Source: Gemmatimonadota bacterium
GTDB lineage: Bacteria; Gemmatimonadota; Gemmatimonadetes; Longimicrobiales; RSA9
Length of the DNA: 44,006 bases
Assembly (NCBI GenBank): GCA_016207445.1
Contig: JACQPS010000270.1
Span: forward strand, 1 to 44,006
Direction: 5' to 3'
Part shown: one piece after another, positions 29,646-38,582 of the stretch
How positions within the stretch are numbered: the first letter of the stretch is position 1
Layout of the letters: each line of letters starts with the position of its first letter
Notes under the pieces: model-generated
What the model was told of the DNA's origin: nothing
Database searches by the model: none
The model's input: the letters and a program-made list of their open reading frames with translations, nothing else
Made by a program: the position numbers and the translations under genes

Positions 29646-30020
29646 CTATTTCTGCTCGAGCCGGCGCAGCCGCGCCGCGCATTCGCGCATCACCTCGAGA
29701 CGGTCGCGGTGTCCGGCCTCGTACTGGAGCATGGCGCGCAGCTGCTCGAGATCGGGGTCGGCATCGCGGATCCATTCGAGGACGCCGTCCACCTCCAGGC
29801 CGTCGTACCCCAGGATCGGCTCGGCCGCCTCGACCTCGCCCGGTGGCACCGGGGTATCCACAAGGTCGGGCGGGAGCCTGGCGACCCGGCGGGAGGCCGC
29901 GGCTTCCCCTCCGATGTCTGCTTCCGCGCCGGCGGGGGCGGGCGGCATGTACGGCGGCGCGACGTCGTACGCCCTGGGGTCGAGTCTCTTCGAATTGCCT
30001 GATTGCCTCGGCTCGGCCAT
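29646..30020 (-). CDS. Hypothetical protein (124 aa) with Pro-rich N-terminus and conserved-looking helical C-terminus
   Basis: ATG 30020 after GGAGG. GC-rich third positions. C-terminus ILGYDGLEVDGVLEWIRDADPDLEQLRAMLQYEAGHRDRLEVM. Confidence 0.6.
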   Translation of the reverse strand: MAEPRQSGNSKRLDPRAYDVAPPYMPPAPAGAEADIGGEAAASRRVARLPPDLVDTPVPPGEVEAAEPILGYDGLEVDGVLEWIRDADPDLEQLRAMLQYEAGHRDRLEVMRECAARLRRLEQK

Positions 30021-30189
30021 GGCTGCCTCCGGACGCGCACCGAGAATCCGCGCGCCCGCGGGAGCGGGCGCCGGAGGGTTTGGGGTGCAAGACTTACGCC
30101 GGTCGTCACGCAGGGACGCTGAGGCGCGGAGGAATCCCTCCGTGACTCCGCGTCTCTGAACAGCGATGCGCTCTTTGATGGGAGGCTGC

Positions 30190-31314
30190 ATGCGCTCTCG
30201 CGCTTTGGGACTCGTCGGACTCGTGCTCGTGGCGTGCGGGCCCTTCGGCCGCGGCCCGGACTCGGCCACGCCGCGGCCGATGGGCCCGCCGCGCGTCGTG
30301 CTCTTCATCGGCGACGGCGCCGGGCTCGCCTACTGGAGCGCGGCCCGCTTCCGCGACGAGCCGCTCGCGGTCGAGGAGTTCCGCGTGGTCGGGCTGGTGG
30401 ACACGCGCAGCGCGTCGCACAAGGTGACGGACAGCGCGGCCGGCGCGACGGTGTACGCCACTGGCGTACGCACGTACAACGGCGCGATCGGCGTGGGGCC
30501 GGATTCGCTGCCACGTCGCACGGTGCTCGAGCTGGCGGAGATGAGCGGCCTCGCGACCGGGCTGGTCGCGACGTCGAGCATCACGCACGCGACGCCCGCC
30601 TCGTTCACGGCGCACGTGTCCAGCCGTCAGGCGGAGCCGGAGATCGCACGGCAGATGGCCGGCGCGGAGATCGACGTCCTGCTGGGGGGCGGGCGCGGCT
30701 ACTTCGACGGCTCGCTGCGACCGGACTCGCAGGACCTGCTCACCGGGATGCGCCGCCGCTACAGCTACGTCGAGGATGCCGCCGCGCTGCGCACGCTGCG
30801 GGCCGATACGGTACGCGCGCTGCTCGGGCTGTTCGCGCCCAGGCACCTCCCGGCGGCCGCCGAGCGGCGGCCCACCCTCGCCGAAATGACCAGTGCGGCC
30901 CTGGCCGTGCTGGATCACGATCCCGAGGGGTTTTTCCTGATGGTCGAGGGCTCGCAGCCCGACTGGCGCGGCCACGAGAACAACACGCTCGAGTCGGTCA
31001 CGGCCGAGATGCTCGATCTCGATCGCGCGGTCCGCGCGGCGCTCGTGTACCGGGAAAAACACCCGGAGACCTTGATCGTCGTCGTCGCCGATCACGAGAC
31101 CGGCGGACTCGCGCTGGAAGAGGATTCGCCCGGCACGCTGCGCGCCGACTATACCACCGAAGGCCACACGGGCGAGATGGTGCCGCTCTTCGCCATCGGC
31201 CCCGGCGCGGAGCGCTTCGGCGGAATCCTGCCGAACACGCGCGTGGGCGAGCTCCTGCTCGAGGCCGCGCGGCGGCCCGGGCAGGTGGCACAGCTCACTT
31301 TAGAGCGGCAGTAG
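30190..31314 (+). CDS. Alkaline phosphatase family lipoprotein (paralogue 1)
   Basis: ATG 30190 after GGGAGG. Lipobox LVLVACG. FIGDGAG, VTDSAAGATVYATG (Ser nucleophile motif), VADHETGG. Confidence 0.88.
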   Translation: MRSRALGLVGLVLVACGPFGRGPDSATPRPMGPPRVVLFIGDGAGLAYWSAARFRDEPLAVEEFRVVGLVDTRSASHKVTDSAAGATVYATGVRTYNGAIGVGPDSLPRRTVLELAEMSGLATGLVATSSITHATPASFTAHVSSRQAEPEIARQMAGAEIDVLLGGGRGYFDGSLRPDSQDLLTGMRRRYSYVEDAAALRTLRADTVRALLGLFAPRHLPAAAERRPTLAEMTSAALAVLDHDPEGFFLMVEGSQPDWRGHENNTLESVTAEMLDLDRAVRAALVYREKHPETLIVVVADHETGGLALEEDSPGTLRADYTTEGHTGEMVPLFAIGPGAERFGGILPNTRVGELLLEAARRPGQVAQLTLERQ

Positions 31315-31401
31315 CGTGAGAACTTCCGCCGGTTGACGCTGATCGTGGACCCCAATCCGATATACGGGGAGAGAGTAATCCCCCCAAATTGAGGTGAAGT
31401 C

Positions 31402-32541
31402 ATGCTGCGGCCCTATTGCCTCGTCCTGGTGCTGGGCTTCCTGACCGCGGCGTGTGCTCCCCTGCGCCGCGCGGAACCGCCCGCTGCCGCCGCGCCGGCC
31501 CGGGTGCTGCTCTTCATCGGCGATGGCGCCGGCGTGGGCACCTGGACCATCGCGCGGATCGCGGCCGAGAGTCTCGCGATCGAGAAATTCCCCGTCGTCG
31601 GACTGGTAGATACTCGCAATGCCTTCGGCAGGATCACGGACAGCGCGGCTGGGGCGACCGCTCTCGCAACCGGTGTCCGCACCTTCAACCGAGCCGCCGG
31701 CGTGGGGCCGGACTCTGTGCCGCGCCGCACGGTCCTGGAGCTCGCCGAAGAGCGCGGCCTCGCGACTGGATTGGTCACGAACTCGTATCTCACGGATGCG
31801 ACGCCGGCCGCGTTCGCCTCGCATGTGCCCAACCGATCCCTGCGCGCAGAGATCGCGGATCAGATCGCTGCGCAAGGCATTGATGTCTTGCTGGGTGGCG
31901 GACGCGGCTGGTTCGACGGCTCGCTCCGGCCGGACTCCCAGAACCGGCTGCCGGACCTGTGCACGCACTACGCGTGTCTCTGGAGCGCCGCGGAATTTCG
32001 GGGCTTGGATCTCGCCAGGACGCAGACCCTCCTCGGGCTCTTCGCTCGGTCGGAGATGTTCTACACGGAAGAACCGGTGCCGTCACTGCCGGAGATGACG
32101 GCGGCGGCACTTGCCGTGCTAGACGGGGATCCGGATGGCTTCTTCCTCATGGTGGAGACGGAATCGACCGACGAATGGACGCACGAGCGCAAGGCGCTCG
32201 ATCCGGTCAGGGCGGCCGCGCTCGAGCTGGATCGGGCCGTTGCCGTGGGGTTGCAGTATCAGGCCAGGCACGCGGAAACACTGATCGTCGTGGTGGGCGA
32301 TCACGAGACCGGCGGACTATCGCTGGACCAGGACACGGCCGGCGTGTGGTCCCTCGCCTATACCTCGGCGCCGCCCGCACCCAGCAACGTCGGGGGACAC
32401 ACTCCCATGCTGGTGCCGGTCTTCGCACGAGGGCCTGGTGCCGAGCGCTTCGGCGGGATGCTACCGAACACGCGCGTGGGCGAGCTCCTGCTCGAGGCCG
32501 TGCGGCGGCCCGGCCGGGTCGTGGCGCAGCTCGCGCAGTAG
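31402..32541 (+). CDS. Alkaline phosphatase family lipoprotein (paralogue 2)
   Basis: Lipobox FLTAACA. FIGDGAG, ITDSAAGATALATG, VGDHETGG. GAGGTG RBS. Confidence 0.88.
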   Translation: MLRPYCLVLVLGFLTAACAPLRRAEPPAAAAPARVLLFIGDGAGVGTWTIARIAAESLAIEKFPVVGLVDTRNAFGRITDSAAGATALATGVRTFNRAAGVGPDSVPRRTVLELAEERGLATGLVTNSYLTDATPAAFASHVPNRSLRAEIADQIAAQGIDVLLGGGRGWFDGSLRPDSQNRLPDLCTHYACLWSAAEFRGLDLARTQTLLGLFARSEMFYTEEPVPSLPEMTAAALAVLDGDPDGFFLMVETESTDEWTHERKALDPVRAAALELDRAVAVGLQYQARHAETLIVVVGDHETGGLSLDQDTAGVWSLAYTSAPPAPSNVGGHTPMLVPVFARGPGAERFGGMLPNTRVGELLLEAVRRPGRVVAQLAQ

Positions 32542-32560
32542 CGGCGCAGCAGCGGCGGGC

Positions 32561-33295
32561 ATGTCGCCTCTGGTCGCCGTCACCGCAACGCTGGTGCCGG
32601 AGGCGGGCCCGCACCGGCGGCCGGAGGTGGCGCTGTACGCCAACTATCTCTCCGTGCTGGAAAGCTTCGAGCTGTCGCCCGTGCTGGTCACGCCGGCGCA
32701 CTCCCCGCGCTCGCTTCGAGCGCTGCTCTCGCACTGCTCCGGGTTCGTGCTCACGGGCGGCGAAGACGTCGATCCCGCGCGCTACGGCGAGGCGCCCGTC
32801 CCCGAGCTCGGAGCGGTGAGCCCGGCGCGCGATGCCATGGAGCTGTCCGCGCTCGAGCTCGCGCTGGAGCAGCGCATCCCCGTGCTCGGCATCTGCCGCG
32901 GCTGTCAGCTGCTGAACGTGGCGTTCGGCGGTACGCTCTACCAGGATCTGGACACGCAGCGTCCGGGCGAGGTGCGCCATCGGCAGACCGAGCCATGGGG
33001 TCGGCGCACGCACCGTGCGCGCGCGCGACCGGGGACGCGCCTGGCATCGATGCTCGGGAGCGGCGAGCTGCTCATCAACTCCTTCCACCACCAGGGCATC
33101 AAGGAGGTGGCCGCGGGCCTCGAGGTTGCCGCCGTGGCCGATGATGGCCTGATCGAGGCGATCGAGGCGCCCGGGCGTTGGGTCGTCGGCGTGCAGTGGC
33201 ACCCGGAGCGCCACGAGGCGACGGCGCCCGCGAGCGATCCGGACCGATTGCTGTTCGCGGCGTTCCGCCAGGCCGTGGCCGCAGGCGTGGCCTGA
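32561..33295 (+). CDS. Class I glutamine amidotransferase-like hydrolase, peptidase C26 (PuuD/gamma-glutamyl hydrolase type)
   Basis: GGEDVDPARYG, GICRGCQLLNVAFGGTLYQDL (nucleophile Cys), SFHHQG, VQWHPE. Confidence 0.85.
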   Translation: MSPLVAVTATLVPEAGPHRRPEVALYANYLSVLESFELSPVLVTPAHSPRSLRALLSHCSGFVLTGGEDVDPARYGEAPVPELGAVSPARDAMELSALELALEQRIPVLGICRGCQLLNVAFGGTLYQDLDTQRPGEVRHRQTEPWGRRTHRARARPGTRLASMLGSGELLINSFHHQGIKEVAAGLEVAAVADDGLIEAIEAPGRWVVGVQWHPERHEATAPASDPDRLLFAAFRQAVAAGVA

Positions 33296-33296
33296 C

Positions 33297-34229
33297 GTGG
33301 CCGGCCTGACCGCGGTCCCCGGGATCCGCATCGGGCACGCGACCGACGCCGACGCCCGCACCGGCTGCACCGTCCTGCTCGGCCCGTTTCGGGGCGCGTG
33401 CGAGGTACGCGGCCTGGCGACCGGCACCCGCGAGCTCGAAGTCCTCTCCCCCCTGCATCTCGCGACGCAGGTCGATGCGCTGCTCCTGACCGGCGGCTCG
33501 GCCTTCGGCCTCGCCGCCGCGCACGGCGTCGTGCAGTGGCTGGAGGAACGCGGCGCCGGCTTCGACACCGGCGTCGCGCGCGTGCCCATCGTGCCGGCCG
33601 CCGTGATCTTCGATCTGGGCGTCGGCCGGGTCGACCGGCGGCCCGACGCCGCCATGGGACGCGCGGCGTGCGATGCGGCCGGCACGGGCGACGTCGCCGA
33701 AGGCGCTGTGGGCGCGGGTACGGGCGCCACCGTGGGGAAGCTGCGGGGGATGGCTGGTGCGATGCCGGGCGGCATCGGCAGCTGGAGCATTCACGGGCCG
33801 GAGTACGTGGTGGGCGCGCTCGCGGTCGTGAACGCGCTCGGCGACGTGCTGGATGCGCACGGCCACATTCTGGCCGGCGCCCGGGACGAGACGGGCCGCC
33901 TCCTGGACAGCGCCGCGCTGCTGCGCGCGGGCGCGGTCTCGGGCGAGCTCGAGCAACTGGCGGTGCGGCCCGGCGCGAACACCACCCTTGCGGTGGTCGC
34001 GACGGACGCGCCTCTGACCCGCACTGCGCTGCAGGCGCTGGCCCGCGCGGCCGGCGTGGCGCTGGCCCGGCGCATCTCGCCCGTGCACACGCCCTACGAT
34101 GGCGACATCGTCTTCGCCCTGTCCACGGCGCCCGAGGGGCGCGAGCTGAGTCCCCCGTTCCTGCTGGCGCTCGGCGCGCTGGCCACGCACGCGCTCGAGG
34201 GTGCCATCGAGAGAGCGGTGGTCAGGTAG
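33297..34229 (+). CDS. P1/S58 family peptidase (DmpA-like aminopeptidase)
   Basis: GTG 33297. GIRIGHATDADARTGCTVLL...VRGLATGTRELEVL...GGSAFGL pattern. Confidence 0.8.
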   Translation: MAGLTAVPGIRIGHATDADARTGCTVLLGPFRGACEVRGLATGTRELEVLSPLHLATQVDALLLTGGSAFGLAAAHGVVQWLEERGAGFDTGVARVPIVPAAVIFDLGVGRVDRRPDAAMGRAACDAAGTGDVAEGAVGAGTGATVGKLRGMAGAMPGGIGSWSIHGPEYVVGALAVVNALGDVLDAHGHILAGARDETGRLLDSAALLRAGAVSGELEQLAVRPGANTTLAVVATDAPLTRTALQALARAAGVALARRISPVHTPYDGDIVFALSTAPEGRELSPPFLLALGALATHALEGAIERAVVR

Positions 34230-35109
34230 GATGCGCGCTCGCTGAATCCGCAGCCACGGAATCGCGCACAGGCGGCGCAGGCGCCGGCATCTCCAGCTCC
34301 GGCAGCTCGATGTCCGGCAGCTCGATCTCGATGGCCGCCGGCTCGAGCGGTACGGTTTCGACCGGTCCGGTCGCTCCCATGCGCGCGAGGATGAGGCGCT
34401 GGCGCCAGGCCATGCGGCCTGGCCGCAGCTTCGGGTTGGAGCGGAGGGGGTGCGGCAGCGTAGCCGCGAGCGCCGCCGCCTGGTCGCGCGACAGCGCGGC
34501 GGCGGACCGCCCGAAGTAGTGGCGCGCCGCCGCCTCGACGCCGAAGATGCCCGGACCCCATTCCGCCACATTGAGGTACAGCTCGAGGATCCGGTCCTTC
34601 TCGAGCCAGCGTTCGAGCCGCCGCGCGATCACGAACTCCTGGAGCTTGCGCAGCAGCGACCGGTCGGGCGAGAGGTACAGGTTCTTCGCGAGCTGCTGCG
34701 TGATGGTGCTGCGGCCGCGGACCCTGCCGCGGTGGGCGCGGTAATAGCGGGCGGCCGCGAGCGCGGCGGAAAGGTCGGCGCGACTGGTCCAGGAGAAGTC
34801 TTCGTCGCCACGGTAGCGCAGCTCCTCGCGCAGCGCGGCCCAGTCGATGCCGGCGTGCTCGTAGAAGCGCGCGTCTTCGGCGACGATGACCGCCCGGCGC
34901 AGATGCTTCGAGATGCGCTCGAGCGGCACCCACTCCTGGCGCAGCTCGAGCGGCGTGCCCTGGCGCTCCGCCTCCGCGAGCCGGTACTCCATGAAGGCGG
35001 TGCGCGACGGATCGCGCCAGCGCAGGAGCAGGCCCGAGGGCAGCGCGAGGTACTCGAACCAGAGTGCGCCCAGGAGCGCGAGCGGGAGTGCGAGGGCGAG
35101 ACGCTTCAT
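34222..35109 (-). CDS. mtgA: Monofunctional peptidoglycan glycosyltransferase (GT51)
   Basis: EDARFYEHAGIDW, TITQQLAKNLYL, RKLQEFVIARRLE, ILELYLNVAEWG. N-terminal anchor helix. Confidence 0.9.
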   Translation of the reverse strand: MKRLALALPLALLGALWFEYLALPSGLLLRWRDPSRTAFMEYRLAEAERQGTPLELRQEWVPLERISKHLRRAVIVAEDARFYEHAGIDWAALREELRYRGDEDFSWTSRADLSAALAAARYYRAHRGRVRGRSTITQQLAKNLYLSPDRSLLRKLQEFVIARRLERWLEKDRILELYLNVAEWGPGIFGVEAAARHYFGRSAAALSRDQAAALAATLPHPLRSNPKLRPGRMAWRQRLILARMGATGPVETVPLEPAAIEIELPDIELPELEMPAPAPPVRDSVAADSASAHPT

Positions 35110-35112
35110 GAA

Positions 35113-35259
35113 CTTCAGTTTACAGTTGACAGTTTACAGTTGACAGTAACCACGCCGGATTGCAGGTACGCACCTGGAGCTGTATGAACTGTCGACTGTC
35201 GACTGTCGACTGTCAACTGTCGACTATCAACCATTGATTGTTAACTGTTACTGTTGACC
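35113..35259. repeat. Largest family-1 heptad array (about 14 units in three blocks) in a divergent intergenic region
   Basis: cagtttacagttgacagtttacagttgacagtaac ... ctgtatgaactgtcgactgtcgactgtcgactgtcaactgtcgactatcaac ... gttaactgttactgttgac. Confidence 0.85.
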
Positions 35260-35288
35260 ATCGACGAACCCAGGACTCCTACACGTTG

Positions 35289-35981
35289 ATGAAAAGACTG
35301 ATCCTGTTCGACATCGACGGCACGCTGCTCACCACCGACGGCGCCGCGCGGCGCGCCTTCCACCGCGCCCTGCTCGAAGTGTACGGCACGGCCGGGCCGA
35401 TCCACGCGTACGAATTCGATGGCAAGACGGACCCGCAGATCGCGCGGGAGCTCCTGCACAGCGAGGGGCTGAGCGACGCCGCGATCGACCGGTGCTTTCC
35501 GCACTTCTGGCCCACCTACCTCCGGCATCTGGCCGCCGAGCTGTCGCAGCCGGGGCAGGCGACCAGGCTTCTGCCCGGGGTGCGCGAGCTGCTGGACGCG
35601 CTGGCGGAGCGGGACGAGGCGCTGGTGGGGCTGCTCACCGGCAACGTGGAGCGCGGCGCCGAGCTCAAGCTGGCGGCCGTCGGCCTGGAGAGCCGGTTTC
35701 GCCTGGGCGCCTACGGGTCGGATCACGAGGATCGCGGCAAGCTCCCCGCACTGGCCGTGCAGCGCGCGCGCCGGCTGACCGGCCGGCGTTTCCGCGGCCG
35801 GGACGTCGTGATCGTTGGCGATACGCCGAACGATATCGCGTGCGGACGCCCGATCGGAGGGCACGCCATCGCGGTGGCGACGGGCCGCCACGACCCCGCC
35901 GCGCTCGCGCGGGCCGGCGCCGATGCCGTGCTCCCGGATCTCGCCGATACTGCCCGTGTGCTGGCGTGCCTGCTGGACTAG
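35289..35981 (+). CDS. HAD superfamily hydrolase (phosphoglycolate phosphatase-like)
   Basis: ATG 35289. MKRLILFDIDGTLL (DxDGT), LLTGN, VIVGDTPNDI. Confidence 0.85.
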   Translation: MKRLILFDIDGTLLTTDGAARRAFHRALLEVYGTAGPIHAYEFDGKTDPQIARELLHSEGLSDAAIDRCFPHFWPTYLRHLAAELSQPGQATRLLPGVRELLDALAERDEALVGLLTGNVERGAELKLAAVGLESRFRLGAYGSDHEDRGKLPALAVQRARRLTGRRFRGRDVVIVGDTPNDIACGRPIGGHAIAVATGRHDPAALARAGADAVLPDLADTARVLACLLD

Positions 35982-36000
35982 GGCGGCGGCTCTGTGTGCG

Positions 36001-36426
36001 CTACGGGTCCAGGAGCTGTAGCTCCGCCGAGCGCGCGCGCAAGGCGACGTCGCGTACGATCAGGCCGGAGCGCGCCGGCGTGCCGGTCCAGGCCGGCGCC
36101 GGGACCAGGCGCTCCAGGATGCCCACCACGGTGACGGCCGCGCCGACCGAGGGCAGGGCCTCCAGGCCATCCGCAACGATCACGTACACGAGATAATCGC
36201 GGAAGTCGCGCACCCACAGGCCGCGGCCATCGACGCGCGCGACCGTGCCATCGAGGCGGGCGGTCTTGCCGACGTCGTCACTGGCATCGGGGAGGAGCCG
36301 GTGCAGCTCCACGGCAGCGGCGCTTCTGGCGGCCGCGGGCGCATCCGCCGCCGGAGTCGGATCGGCCGGCCGCAGCAGGTCGACGATGCCGGCGCTCAGG
36401 AGCAGCGCGGCGGCCCCGGCGACCAT
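36001..36426 (-). CDS. Hypothetical N-terminally anchored protein
   Basis: MVAGAAALLLSAGIVDLL anchor, then a beta-rich region. Start uncertain (the ORF extends to 36588 but overlaps the upstream gene). Weak RBS. Confidence 0.45.
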   Translation of the reverse strand: MVAGAAALLLSAGIVDLLRPADPTPAADAPAAARSAAAVELHRLLPDASDDVGKTARLDGTVARVDGRGLWVRDFRDYLVYVIVADGLEALPSVGAAVTVVGILERLVPAPAWTGTPARSGLIVRDVALRARSAELQLLDP

Positions 36427-36463
36427 CCAGCCGCCGGAGCCGAGGCGCCGCTCGCACCGTGGC

Positions 36464-36847
36464 TCAGCCTCGCCGGTCTCCGCGCCGGCGCCGCTCCGCG
36501 GAATCCGCGCGCCGCTCGAGTGGAGCCGGGCCGAAGTCCCCCAGTGTCTCCGGCTCCTGTGTATACTCCGGAAGGTCTTGGACCTCATCCCTCGTCATCC
36601 CCGGGATCCATACCACGTCCTCGGCCTCGTCCACGCGCGCGCGCCCAACCGGGAGCAACACGTGCCGGCGCAACGCCCCCACGTCCACATCGAGGTAGCG
36701 CGGCCGCCCACCCTCATCGAGCAGGATGTCGTCGATCTTGCCAATGCACTCCCCGTCGCGCATGGTGCGCACGTCCCAGCCTCGCACGTCGTCGGGCCCG
36801 GCCGTGAGGGCGAGGTCCGGTCGCCGGGAAAGCGGCGTGAATGGCAT
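36464..36847 (-). CDS. PRC-barrel domain protein
   Basis: ATG 36847 after GGAGGGAGGAAGGG. VRGWDVRTMRDGECIGKIDDILLDEGGRPRYLDVDVG...VLLPVGRARVD is the typical PRC-barrel pattern. Confidence 0.75.
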   Translation of the reverse strand: MPFTPLSRRPDLALTAGPDDVRGWDVRTMRDGECIGKIDDILLDEGGRPRYLDVDVGALRRHVLLPVGRARVDEAEDVVWIPGMTRDEVQDLPEYTQEPETLGDFGPAPLERRADSAERRRRGDRRG

Positions 36848-37137
36848 CCCTTCCTCCCTCCGGTCCGCCGGGGAGCCCTGCCTCGAGGGTGGGAGCAGGC
36901 AACGCCCGGCGGGACGCACGGGCGCCTGCGGGCCGCGGCGTCGCCGAGAATTTGTGAAAAGAGGGAGTGCAATTCATATTCCAGCCGGAATCGCTGCCGC
37001 CAAGTCGTCCTGCCCGGTCCTGGTCGTGGCCGCGCCGGAGCGAGCCGGGGGTTGATCGGGGCCCGCCGATTGGCCATCTTCTTTTGCATGGCCGTGTTGG
37101 CGCCCCGTTCCGGGTTCGCCGCAACCCGAGGGAATCC

Positions 37138-37860
37138 ATGGTGACACAGAAGAAGAAGGCGACGGCGTCCGCTGCCTCCGGGTTGCGCCGTTTCTACATC
37201 GTGCTCGGTCTGGTGGCAGTCGTGGGCGCGCTCGCGCTCGCATACGCCCTGCTGCGCGGAGGCGCGGGCGGCGCGGCGATCGAGCCCGTGGAGCTCGCGG
37301 GCGTCGACGATCCACGCGCGCTGTACGCCCGGGCGCAGGGCGTCGTGATCGGCCCGGAGACCGCACCCGTCAAGCTGGTCGTGTTCAGCGACTTCATGTG
37401 CCCGTACTGCGGGCAGTTCGCCTCACAGATCAAGCCGCGGCTGCAGGAGGCATTCGTCGACGGCGGTCGGCTCCAGATCGTCTACTACGATTTTCCGCTC
37501 GGCGGCACGCACCGCCACTCGTTCCTGGCGGCGCGGGCGGCGCGCTGCGCCGGGGATCAGGGCAAGTTCTGGGAGTACCACGATCTGCTCTTCGGGCGTC
37601 AGTCGGAGTGGTCGCCGGAGGCATCACCGCCGGTCGACGACTTCATCGAGTATGCCGGCGTGGTCGGAGTGGAGCGGGGCGCCTTCGAGCGCTGCCTGAA
37701 GAGCGATCGCTATGCTGACACGGTCACGGCCAACCGGCTGCTGGGCGAGCAGCTGGGCGTGAACGCCACGCCGTGGGTGATCGTGAACAACCGCTACGTC
37801 CGCAACGCCCTCGATTACGGCGATCTGAAGCAAGTCATCGAGCAGGAGCTGGGCGCGTGA
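37138..37860 (+). CDS. DsbA-family thiol:disulfide oxidoreductase, membrane-anchored
   Basis: N-terminal TM, VVFSDFMCPYCGQF (CPYC), GKFWEYHDLLF, ATPWVIVN. Confidence 0.85.
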   Translation: MVTQKKKATASAASGLRRFYIVLGLVAVVGALALAYALLRGGAGGAAIEPVELAGVDDPRALYARAQGVVIGPETAPVKLVVFSDFMCPYCGQFASQIKPRLQEAFVDGGRLQIVYYDFPLGGTHRHSFLAARAARCAGDQGKFWEYHDLLFGRQSEWSPEASPPVDDFIEYAGVVGVERGAFERCLKSDRYADTVTANRLLGEQLGVNATPWVIVNNRYVRNALDYGDLKQVIEQELGA

Positions 37861-38345
37861 GCGTGGGGGCGAATGTTCTGACGGGCGCGCTCCGGCCGGA
37901 GCCGCGCGAGGCCAGCTTGCCGCGCAACCGCATGGCCATCGCGGTGCTGGCACTGGTGGGCGCATTCATTTCCAGCTATCTGCTGCTGCACAAGCTCGGG
38001 CTGATCGGCGCGCTCGCGTGCGGCACCGGCTCCTGCGAGACGGTGCAGGCCTCGCCCTGGGCGGTGTTCCTGGGCGTGCCCGTGCCGGCGTGGGGGATCG
38101 TGGGGTATGGGGCGCTCTTCGGGACGGCGCTCGTGGGACTCCAGCCGTCGCACATCGAGAGCCGCCGCGTGGCCTGGGCGCTGCTCGGCCTGGCCGTGGC
38201 TGCGTTCGCGTTCTCCCTCTACCTGACTGCGCTCGAGGCCTTCGTCATTCACGCGTGGTGCCGGTGGTGCATCGTTTCCGCGCTGCTGACCAGCTCGATC
38301 TTCGCCCTCTCGCTCGCGGAGTTGCCGCGCGTGCGCCGTGCCTAA
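37857..38345 (+). CDS. Vitamin K epoxide reductase (VKOR) family protein
   Basis: GTG 37857 overlaps TGA (GTGA); alternative ATG 37932. Four TM helices, loop cysteines CGTGSC, active-site CRWC. Confidence 0.8.
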   Translation: MSVGANVLTGALRPEPREASLPRNRMAIAVLALVGAFISSYLLLHKLGLIGALACGTGSCETVQASPWAVFLGVPVPAWGIVGYGALFGTALVGLQPSHIESRRVAWALLGLAVAAFAFSLYLTALEAFVIHAWCRWCIVSALLTSSIFALSLAELPRVRRA

Positions 38346-38568
38346 GCCGCCGTCCGACCGCCGCCGCGTCCCGGTCCGTCTGGTCTTCGCGGACCGCGGC
38401 TCGTTTCACGACCTGGTGATCCGTCTGCCCGCCGACGTGCTGGGGCGCTACGAGCGTCTGATCGACGCCTTGCGGGAAGAGCCGAGCATCACGGGCGAGA
38501 TCTACGTGGATCCCCGGCGGCTGGTAGCGGCGTACGTGGAGGGGGAGGAGGATTCGGCCAAAGGTTGA
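38338..38568 (+). CDS. Hypothetical small protein (76 aa) overlapping the VKOR stop
   Basis: GTG 38338 overlaps the 3' end of the VKOR gene by 8 nt. GC-rich third positions throughout. No recognisable motif. Confidence 0.5.
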   Translation: MPKPPSDRRRVPVRLVFADRGSFHDLVIRLPADVLGRYERLIDALREEPSITGEIYVDPRRLVAAYVEGEEDSAKG

Positions 38569-38582
38569 CGTGCCGCTGCGAC

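Noticed and set aside
31339-31401. Promoter (TTGACG ... GATATA) and small hairpin between the two alkaline phosphatase genes
   Set aside because: The spacer is about 20 nt, too long for a sigma70-type promoter, and the hairpin stem is only 5 bp. This is not supportable by eye.
35113-35259. Heptad and 9-mer tandem repeats as possible CRISPR arrays
   Set aside because: The repeat units are only 7-9 nt, directly abutting with no spacers, arranged as inverted arms, and no cas genes are present.
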